This document shows, piece by piece, positions 53,430 to 64,000 of a DNA stretch of 64,000 bases. Every line of letters starts with the position of its first letter. Positions within the stretch are counted from its first letter, which is position 1. The notes under the pieces are model-generated. The model saw only the letters and a list, made by a program, of their open reading frames with translations, was not told where the DNA came from and made no database searches. The stretch is from the NCBI GenBank assembly GCA_951406725.2, contig OX597817.1:173662001-173726000 (forward strand), read 5' to 3'. The position numbers were made by a program, and so were the translations under genes. This DNA comes from Octopus vulgaris (lineage: Eukaryota).

Positions 53430-54795
53430 TTCCTACATATTAAGCCATTACCTGAAGAGTGCAGAGTCCTAGCTTCCATACATGGAATTTCTTTTCTAAT
53501 TCTATAACAAATACTGCCCCTAAGAACAAAATCATCAGCGTAGGATAGCTAGTCTTAGATTCTTCTGTTATAGTCTGGAGGATAATGGTGAATAAGAAGA
53601 CTTAGAACTGAGCTCTGGTGATCTCTTGCCTGAACTTTAAATCCATCGCTGTACTCATGGCTGTCACCTTACTAACACCCCTGAACATGGCATCTATGGC
53701 TTTAACAAGCCATTCATGTATCCCTAGCTTCCTCAGAGACCACTAGATAACTAATTAAAGAATTCTGTCAACAACTTTCTCTGGGTCAATGAGTACCAAG
53801 TACAATGTTTTACTTTTAGCTGTAGTTGCCTCACTAGGAAGATGGCATCAGTAGTACTTCTCTACAGCAGAAAACAAAACTGCATCCCATCTACTCTAAT
53901 TCTGTTCCTAATTAATTGGACTATTACTCTCTTTGTAACTTTCGTAACCTCATCCAGCAATTTCATACTTCTGTAATTACTCTTGTAACAGCTGACTATA
54001 ATGCTGCTACACCAGTCATTGGGTATGACTCATTCTTGCACAATCTGATTAACTATACATTTGACAAAGATGTATCCTATTCTTCCAGATATTTTAAGCA
54101 TCTCAGTAATAATTCCTGATGGATCAGAGGCTTTCCCTGTCTTCTTCACATCCTTAATTGCCTTATTTATCTTACTGCTGTCAACTGGGACAGCAGGTCC
54201 CTCTTTTGGGTCCACATTGGGAAGATTCTCTTTCTTCTAGTGCATTTCTACATTTAATAACTTTGATAGTAGCACTGCCAGATCTCTTTCTTTTCAGAAT
54301 TACTAAGTACAAATATACCATTATCTATCTACATACACATCTCAGTTATCTCTAATACATTGTCTTACACTCCAGAACATCTCATGCCTTTGGCTCTCAT
54401 GCTGCAAGGTATTGACAAACATCTCTGCTTCTGAACTAGCTTCCCTTCAAACTACCTGCTATAGTTCTTTGCTAACTCCATTTTATTAATCTTTCCCAAG
54501 TTCACCTCCTTGCTTTTATAGCCTTGTCAACCTTACAGTTCCAGCACTATGTCACCTTCAGTTTGGCTGGAACTTTATCCCAGTCTCAGATTTAGTCTGT
54601 AGCCCTCAGTAAATTGCCTTTCAGGAGCTTTCAGTTGTTCTCTATGTTATATGACTGCCTCCTCTTCCTTCTCATCCAATGCTTCAACTAACATTTCTCT
54701 AAATTCCCAACTGTTTGATGAACCATTAAGCTTCCATGTCTTCCTTTTCCAAACAAGTTTGCATCTTTGAGTTCTTCTAGCCCAGCACCTGAAGT
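53430..54795 (-). mobile_element. Decayed RTE LINE (RT region)
   Basis: Minus-strand YADDFVL at ~53522-53543 and KAIKDVKKTGKASDPSGIITEMLK (ORF 54030-54215). Colinear with 11130-12140. Confidence 0.75.
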
Positions 54796-54799
54796 CAAT

Positions 54800-54834
54800 A
54801 ACTACTACTACAACTACTGCTGCTGCTGCTGCTG

Positions 54835-54898
<64 letters not shown>

Positions 54899-54908
54899 AA
54901 CCACTACC

Positions 54909-54939
<31 letters not shown>

Positions 54940-54941
54940 AA

Positions 54942-54972
<31 letters not shown>

Positions 54973-55041
54973 AAACTACTACTACTACTACTAAGACGAC
55001 GATGACTACTACTACTACTACTACTACTACCACTACTACTA
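54800..55041. repeat. (CTA)n-dominated trinucleotide array
   Basis: Direct observation. Confidence 0.95.
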
Positions 55042-56492
55042 GAAATAAAGAAAGCTTGAAATAAAAAAGAAAGTATTAACTCACATTCACTATTGTCACC
55101 AAGGACATTTTCTCTGACATAAAGGACCATTGCAATCTTCTGAAAAAAAAAGGCAACAATTTGGTAAAAAATCTACCCAACCACCACAACCAGCATTATC
55201 ATCATCACCATCAACATCATTGGTAATGTCCATTTTCTGTGCTCACATGGGTCAGACAGAATTTGTTGAGGTGGATTTTCTATGGCTGAATGCCTTTCCT
55301 GTCACTGACCCTTACCTACTTCCAAATAAGGTAATATTTCCCCCATAACCAGACATGTTGCAGGAAACTGGAAACAGCAACGCACACACACACACACACA
55401 CACACATGCAACTATATATGTATGTGTGTCTGTCTCTGTCTCACCACCACCACCAAAACCACTACTAACACCACCACTACCAAAAACACCACCACCACTA
55501 CCACCACCACCACTACCACCAGTACCACTACCAATATTGCTTGACAACTGGTGTTGGTTTGTAACTTAGCAGTTGGGTTTAAGAAACTGATAGAATAAGT
55601 ATCACACTTAAAAATAAATACTAGGATTGATTTGTGTACAATCCTCCAAGGCTGTGCTCCAGCATGGCCACAGTCCAATGAATGAAACAAGTAGAAGATT
55701 AAAAGATAAATGAAGAAGACAAAAGAAGAAAAAAGGTAAAAAAAAAAAAAATAAATGAGTGGAGGCCATGTTTGATTGAAATAAAATTTGTTATTGTGGA
55801 AATTATGCAAATTCATTTGAAAAACTTTCACACAATAATAGAGAAAAGTAACAAAACAAGAAATAAAAGGAGAAAGAAAAAAACATTTATTTGTTTTTAA
55901 TGTCACAAATGAATTATATATTCCTTCATTCAATCAGAGAAATACCTGAACAAAGGAAAACAAAAAATTAAAGCAAAATTTAAAGCAGATAATTTGATTC
56001 TGTTTATGGAAAGTATAGAGAAGCACAACAACAAACATTGATCATTTTTTTATTTCATACATACTAATTATTTGTTTGTTGTTTTTTTTATTTATTTCTG
56101 AGGTGACTGGTCACAGCTGTTTGGACATTGATGATTCAGCACAGCTGACTGGTTATTCAGCCTGACTTGGCGGCAGTGCTTTTTGACACTGAGGACAAAT
56201 GCACACAATCACACACATGTACATACACACATGCATGTACACACACACACAGACATGTACGTACATGCTTGCAGAAATATACACAAACAGAGAGGGGGAG
56301 AGAGAGGAAAGGAGAGATAAACACATTCCAATTTATTAATTGAACATACCTGACATAAACACTTTCCTTCCCCTCATACAATCACACAGTTTCAGATTCA
56401 GTCCCACTGCATGATACCTTGGGCAAGTGTTTTCAACTATAGACATGGGTTGACCAAGGCCTTGGAGAGAGAAAGACGTCCATCATATGCTT

Positions 56493-56906
56493 TGGATAAT
56501 GCATGCAAGACTCAAGAGAGATTTAAAGAAGAATGTTGTGATTGAGAAGGTGAATCACAATGACCTTTTTGTGTGTACAGTTTGTGACAGACCATGCCTT
56601 TCTTTTGCTGGGCTCAAGTCTCATTTGCAAATCCATGGAAAATGAACCCCCACCAACTATTCTGCCTATATGCCTGTGCACAGCATTCAATGCAATGTGT
56701 GCCAGAAGGTCTGCAATTCTAATGAAGGTCTCTAAAGACATGGTAAAATCCACAAAGAACAGAACTTAACTGCAGCTCTTGGTGGTCCAAATCTATGTGG
56801 GTGTCTTTTCAAAACATTAGTTTAAAAAATCACATTAGATGCCATGATAGTTCTAAGGTGAAGGTACAAGAGGTGGTCAAACTCTGCATAAGGAATAGAC
56901 AACCAC
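56493..56906 (+). pseudogene. Decayed coding relic with three tandem C2H2 zinc fingers, probably an RTE LINE C-terminus
   Basis: HARLKRDLKK...FVCTVCDRPCLSFAGLKSHLQIH GK* ... IQCNVCQKVCNSNEGL*RHGKIH ... CGCLFKTL/(shift)LKNHIRCH. Stops at 56643 and 56733, frameshift near 56820. Confidence 0.7.
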
Positions 56907-56972
56907 TATATATATATATATATATGTATTTATATATTTATCTATATATATTTATATATTTATCTATATATA

Positions 56973-57911
56973 TTGGGTCATCCCATAAAAAATGCGTTTT
57001 TTTTATACTTTTATTTTTCAAAATTAAGATTAACGAAGTTATTTTTTAATCTAAAATATACTCTCCTTTCTTTTTCTTTTTCCTTCTATCTATCTGGTAG
57101 ACTTGCAAGGCCCCTCTTCCAAAATTCACTTGTCTGAGATGAAAAATACTCTTCTGGTAGACCTCATCTACAGAATTCGTATTTTTTTCATCCTGATGAT
57201 TTTGAAGACTGCGGAATAAATGATAATCAGATGGGGCAATGTCCAGTGAATATGGTGGGTGGGGCGTCATTTCCAATTCAAACTGCTCCAGCCTTTGGAA
57301 TGTCATCCTCATTATATGTGGCTGAGCATTATCCAGATGGCAGAACACCTTTTGTCTTGAAACCAAAGATGGTAATTTTTTTAGTACTGACTTAAGCCGC
57401 TCAAGCTGCTCACAGTAGATCTCCTTTGTTATCGTTTGGTTTTAGATTTTAAAGTTCAAAGTGGACTAAACCTTTCATATCCCACAAAACAGATAACAAA
57501 ACCTTACATAGATGAAGACCATCTTTAGCAGCCTGGGGTACCAGTGATTCTCCTTTTCCTACCCACTGTCTTTGGCACTTGACATTTTTATAGAGAACCC
57601 TTTTCTCGTCACCAGTCACTATTCGGTCCAGAAAAGGTTCAATCGTGAGACTTAACAGCAAAGAAGAGCACACATTCACTCTCTGCACACAAATAGACTC
57701 GGAAAGTTTGTGAGGAACCCATTGAACCAATTTGCTAAATTATCCGATGGGACACAGGTGTCAATGAATGGTTGAATGACCAGATCCAAGCTTCTCTGCT
57801 AATTCCTCAACAGTTACAATGGGGTTTTGTTCTACCAGGGTTTGCACAATGTCCTTGTCAAGCTCTACAGATCTTCCAGAATGAGGCTTGCTTTCTAGGC
57901 TGTAGTTTCTG
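56973..57911 (-). mobile_element. Mariner (DD34D) transposon remnant with one TIR
   Basis: WVPHKL, DRIVTGDEK and HLDNAQPH...HPPYSLDIAPSDY, with 34 residues between the last two Asp. TA followed by TIR TTGGGTCATCCCATAAA at 56973. The 5' end is missing and the ORF is broken. Confidence 0.93.
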
Positions 57912-57978
57912 TCCAACCCTTTAAACACACAAATACAGACACACTCACAGACATACATACATGATTATATACATATAC

Positions 57979-58010
<32 letters not shown>

Positions 58011-58058
58011 CATACATATGCATGTGTGTGTATACATATACATATACATACATACACA

Positions 58059-58104
<46 letters not shown>

Positions 58105-58459
58105 TACATGTGTATATTTAAAGGGTTAAAAACCACTATGTGGACAGCCATATGCTAGAAGTGGATCACTTACGATCAAACTACAAAGAAAGAATGTTCT
58201 CTAGAGAAAATTTCAGCAGACACCAGAACAATAGGGGGGCATATATATATATATATATATGGATATAGATATAGATATATATGCATGTTTGTGTATATGT
58301 AAGTTTGCATTGTAGATATATTTCAAAGAAATAACGACTACATGATTATATAATACACATAACAAATAAATTAACAAATCCTTTGTTGATTTTTAACGCC
58401 CACACATTCCCAACCACCCACCCAAACCTATAACCACACCCACATATATCTATACCAAT

Positions 58460-58860
<401 letters not shown>

Positions 58861-59474
58861 ACAATACATAAAACAGATCCATAGACAAGTACACTGACAC
58901 ATATGTGCATACATACAAATAGTCACACAGACACTCTCACACACACAAAGATCTGATATAGATTTGATTATATTTGACACAGATTGTCAAAAGAGAGAAT
59001 TCAATGTAGCTGAGTGTGTGTATGTCTTTGTGTGTTTGTGTATGTGTGAGCATGCGTGTGTGTGTATGTGTGAACATGTGTGTGTATGCAATAGACAATA
59101 GGTAAACACCCTGTGTGAATTGTAATTGAGAGAGAAAAAAAATGTAGCTGGTATTGTTTAGTAGATTAGAGTAATAGTAGTTCAAATCTATATCTGTGGG
59201 AGTTGCTACTCAGAGTTACCTCTTAGCAGAAATGAAAAATTCTGACCTGTGAGGTTCAGAGATACAACTTGCAATACACACACACACAAACACACACACA
59301 CACACACACACACCCACACACCCACACATACACACACACATACACACCCACACACTCACACCCACATGCACACACATACATCATCATCATCATCATATAT
59401 ACATATACATACATATATACATGCATACCTAATAAGAGACCACTCAGAGTTTCTCATAGCCTTTCTTTTTATGC

Positions 59475-59572
<98 letters not shown>

Positions 59573-59579
59573 TATATAC

Positions 59580-59680
<101 letters not shown>

Positions 59681-59681
59681 C

Positions 59682-59726
<45 letters not shown>

Positions 59727-59743
59727 TATATATATATATATAT

Positions 59744-59779
<36 letters not shown>

Positions 59780-59783
59780 GAGT

Positions 59784-59831
59784 AAAAACTGTCTGATGAA
59801 CGGTAACAGGAAACTCAGAGTAACAGGTTTT
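59784..59831 (+). ncRNA. Minimal type-I hammerhead ribozyme motif in a ~85-bp island between (TA)n tracts
   Basis: AAAACTGT-CTGATGA-ACGGTAACAG-GAAA-CTCAGAG-TA-ACAGGTTTT. Canonical core, stem I CUGU/ACAG, stem III ACUC/GAGU, cleavage triplet GUA. Stem II is not closed. Confidence 0.65.
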
Positions 59832-59892
59832 GTTGAATTTTCTGCTGCTTTAAATAAAGTATATACATACATATATATACATACATACATAC

Positions 59893-59951
<59 letters not shown>

Positions 59952-60759
59952 TACATTTGTGTTAGTGTGTGTGTGCGCGCATGTTTATATGTGTCCACTC
60001 ACACACACACACATGCATATACACATGTATTCTTATGTGCATGTGTGTGTGTGTGTGTGTGTGTGGATATGCATTGTGTATGCATGTGAATTTATGTGAA
60101 CTATTAACATACACACATGTGTGCTTTATATCCTCATCCTCTTATTTATCAGATGGGGGAGAGCCAAACGTGTTATTCCATTAACATATTTTCATGGCAA
60201 AGCTCAGGAGAAGTTGGCAGAGGAAGAGTTAGCCACCACAGCAACTGAACTTTGCCTTAACTTCTCATTCCATCACAGCAAGCTGGGAGGGCTGCCATTA
60301 AATTGGGGTCCCACTCAGTCAACTTTGTACCTCAACTGTGTTGTCACATAGCAAGGGAATATTTACCATGCCTTACTTTCTTCCTCACTTGTACTTGCTT
60401 ATACTTAATGTCTTCTGTCTAATATGGCCCATTTCAGCTTTAAAGTAGAGGAGAATGGCAGGAATGAGCCATTTTTTTTTTCCAGAAACCATTCAAGGAG
60501 ATGGAAAAGAAATGGAAGGAGTAACTCGAAAACATTTTCTGTTATTTTAGTGTTGTTTCATTTCGTTTCTCATCTATTTAAAAAGCAAAAAAATAAAATT
60601 GCCCTTGATATGAAAAAATAAAAATGTTCATTTATACAATTTCATTTTAAATAAAGTTTATGAAAAGAAATAATTTAAGTACAATTTTTAATTTTAATTT
60701 AATAAGTCAGACATAAAATATTGAACAGTACTGTTTTCCAAAGAAGATTTTTTCGACAT

Positions 60760-61016
60760 CTTTTCTTTTACTTGTGTCAGTCATTAGACAGTGGCCATGC
60801 TGGGGCACCACCTTGAAGAATTTTTAGTCAAATAAATCGATCCCAGTATTTTTTTTTTCTTTAAGAATGGTATTTATTCTATCGGTCTCCTCTGCTGAAC
60901 CTCAAAGTTAAGTGGATGTAAACACACCAATACCTGTTGTCAATCTGTGGAGGAGGATAAACACAGACACAAAAACAAACACACACACACACACACATAC
61001 ACACATACACACATAC

Positions 61017-61075
<59 letters not shown>

Positions 61076-61285
61076 CATAGGGTTGGCCAAATGTCACCCG
61101 ACAGTAAATCAAAACCATTTAATTCCAAGATTTATTTATATTTAACAACTGAATGAATTTAATAAAAGCTTCTAAATATGAAACATCATGAAAATTGTTC
61201 AAACTGAAGTCCTTCTTGAGAGACACATTTTTCCATTCAAGTCAATACAGATTTACTGTCAGGTAAACTTTAGCCAACCCTGTAT

Positions 61286-61317
<32 letters not shown>

Positions 61318-61495
61318 ATACTCACACGCACACACTCACACACACACACACACATGAGATGGGCATCTTTTAGTTTCCATCCACCAAATCCACTCACAAG
61401 GCTTTGGTTGGACCAAGGTACCATACAGAGGGACTGAGCCCAGAACCATGTGGTTAGGAAGCAAGCTTCTTACCACACAGCCCCACCTGTACCTA
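60760..61495 (-). mobile_element. Family-B SINE pieces separated by microsatellite and other sequence
   Basis: 3' half at ~60760-60980 and 5' half at ~61358-61495. Confidence 0.65.
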
Positions 61496-62683
61496 TATTC
61501 TCACCACACAGCTACACCGATGCCTATATTGTTACCACACAACCAAACCTGCACTTTAACAATATTTTTAAATTTCTGAAAAATATGAAAAAAATCATAT
61601 TTTCAAGTTTCCATTATTTGTATTAATTATTATTTCTTTATGATTATTTTAATAGACTATTTTATTTCTTTGATTATCAATTCTGCATGCTTTTTAGCAT
61701 TTGTCACGGTGATTCCTCAAGATGTTTACCACAATCTAAAGCATTCTAAACAACACATCCTATTTATGTTGACTGTAGCTAATTAATGTTTGCTACAAAG
61801 GCTGTTTCTGTCACTAATTGCTAATTTATTTCTACATGATTATTCTAATGAACTACTTATATACTTGGTTTTTATTCCTAAATAACTACTTCAATAAAAT
61901 TAATTATTTTCTTGATTATTATTGTTACATGGCAGTGTGGCTAAGAATTTCAAATCCCAACCAGATGGCATTTGCTATAAACAATTATGATATTTTATAG
62001 CAAAAATTGACACCAGCCTACCTGAAATTACCTTTGGTTTTATGATACAAATTCCATGCTTTAATCTAATTTGAATTAAAACCTTCCATCAAAACTTCAT
62101 GTTAATTTATGTTCCAGAACACCAGATTAATAACGACAAAGTCATTACAATAAAAACCTTTATTATTTTCAAAATTAATTAAAACAAAAGTAGTGTATTT
62201 CAGTAGAAATATCATAACAAAAAGATTAATAAACAAACTATGCAAAATTTTTCCCAGCAATTTTCTGGATTTCTAACTTTAAAAAATGATTTTCTTTAAC
62301 TTACCATGCAAAATACGCCAGTAATTTTATTGTTTGATCTCTAGTGAACCACAAATTTAAAAAGAAACTTCAAGAACTATTAATATAATGGATATACTTT
62401 GAGACTTTTTCCACTATATTGAGTGATGATTGTGTTGTGTGCTTTGTGGATTGTGTCTATATTATTACTTAGCAGGAGTTTTCTTTTTTCTTTTATTTTT
62501 TGCTGTACTATTGAGTACAGACCTATCTGTGGGGTTTTGTTATGCTTTTATAGTTTATATTGTATTGAGTCATGACTAGCAGTGCAGGTTTCTGATGTTG
62601 TGAATATTTCTAAGTAACTAAGTTTTGATTAAGTTTTAGTCTACATGTTTTCATTAAGATCATCTCCAATGCATCAATTCATA

Positions 62684-63031
62684 TACTCTTTTACTTGTTT
62701 CAGACTGTGGCCATGCTGGAGCACCGCCTTTAGTCAAGCAAATCGACCCCAGGACTTATTCTTTGCAAGCCTAGTACTTATTCTATCAGTCTCTTTTGTC
62801 GAACCACTAAGTTACGGGGATGTAAACACACCAGCATCAGTTGTCAAGCGATGTTGGGGGGACAAACACAGACACACACACATACATATATATATACATA
62901 TACTCACAAGGCTTTAGTTGGCCTGTGGCTATAATAGAAGACACTTGCCCAAGGTGCCACGCAGTGGGACTGAACCTGGAACCATGTGGTCCATAAGCAA
63001 GCTACTTACCATACAGCCACTCCTACGCCTA
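62684..63031 (-). mobile_element. Family-B SINE with internal deletion
   Basis: Match to 40028-40447. Confidence 0.8.
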
Positions 63032-63786
63032 TATAGGTATCATATAGGAATTCATATAGGAATCATTTCAATTTTTGCTCTAAACATTTCTGGTTACTTC
63101 AATTCCCAGACCTTTCTTTGTATTTGGATAATTTTTCTATTTCTCTTAGAGATGCATTATTGTCTGTTGGGACGACTGCCTTTAATTTGAAGGCCTTTGC
63201 TTTCTTGGTGGTCCTTGACACAAATATCCAGCTGACTAACCAAGACCTTGCTGTCTTTGCATACAGTCACACATTTCCATACTTTGCTTTATGTTTACAC
63301 CACCTCTCTTTTCTGTCTGGTATTTCATGTTGACGTAAGTTTACAACTGTGACCACCACTTCTACTTTGGTCACCACTGTCATGACCACCAAGACCACAA
63401 CTATGACCACAACAACCACCATGAACACCATGGCAACAACAACGACGACAGCTGCTACCACCATTGCCGCCATTTTAAAGTTTACTCTTCAATGTTTGCA
63501 TGGGTCAGACAGAGTTCAGTGAAACAGGTCTTCTACAGCCAGATGCTCTTCCTACTGCCCATCCTCATCTATTTCAAACAAGGTAATATTTTCTGATGGC
63601 CAGACATGTTTTCATGGAAGATTGGAAACGAATGATGCTGCTTGAATGACAGTGACACTCATTTACAACAACTATCATATCATGTCAAGACAAGGAGAAA
63701 CACACACACACATAGAGGAAATTGAAATAAAGACCAGAATAAATATTTAATTCCTACTCTGTTGTACCTGTAGCTGGAATCTTTCT

Positions 63787-63788
<2 letters not shown>

Positions 63789-63825
<37 letters not shown>

Positions 63826-64000
63826 TGTATACAGTGCTCAGGTGCACTACAACTCATCTAAAGTGTATATATAATCAGGTGTAGTTTCGGCGGATTTCGG
63901 AAAGTATGAGGGCCTTGAAGGATGCAGTGTCATGGCAGTCAACAACTGACGCAGGCAGTTTATTCCATGCTTCAGCAACTCTGAGCGTGAGACAAAGTTT
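63789..64000 (-). mobile_element. CR1-like LINE 3' end with (TTA)n tail, running off the window
   Basis: Minus frame TLRVAEAWNKLPASVVDCHDTASFKAL..., stop at 63875-63877, short UTR, then a trinucleotide tail. Confidence 0.85.

Overview
AT-rich, repeat-dense animal genomic DNA with long (TA)n, (CA)n, (GAT)n and (CTA)n microsatellites. The SINE families look like those of octopus (coleoid cephalopods); this is an inference from recognition, not a database result. Most ORF-track entries are microsatellite or SINE artefacts. The only well-supported host-gene signal is a 27-nt first coding exon on the minus strand (34104-34130, MGLIFSKSK, then GTAAGT, N-myristoylation pattern) in a CpG-retaining promoter-like region, so much of 1-34100 is probably intron. 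Decayed mobile DNA includes: a Penelope-like element (RT plus GIY-YIG) between (TA)n tracts; an internally deleted Helitron split by a retroposon; a DD34D mariner; several RTE and CR1-like LINE fragments; hAT, piggyBac-like and mariner-like MITEs; and at least four SINE-like families. The most notable signals outside the ORF track are: (i) a dispersed set of type-I hammerhead-ribozyme motifs, one in the Penelope 3' region and others in orphan fragments; (ii) an RTE C-terminus with three tandem C2H2 fingers; (iii) an RTE 3' UTR made of a variable number of hairpin repeats that also occurs as many SINE-like copies; (iv) a ~250-bp foldback. No prokaryotic-type system, CRISPR array, rRNA or true tRNA gene is supported. 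Coordinates were read by eye and boundaries of decayed elements are approximate.
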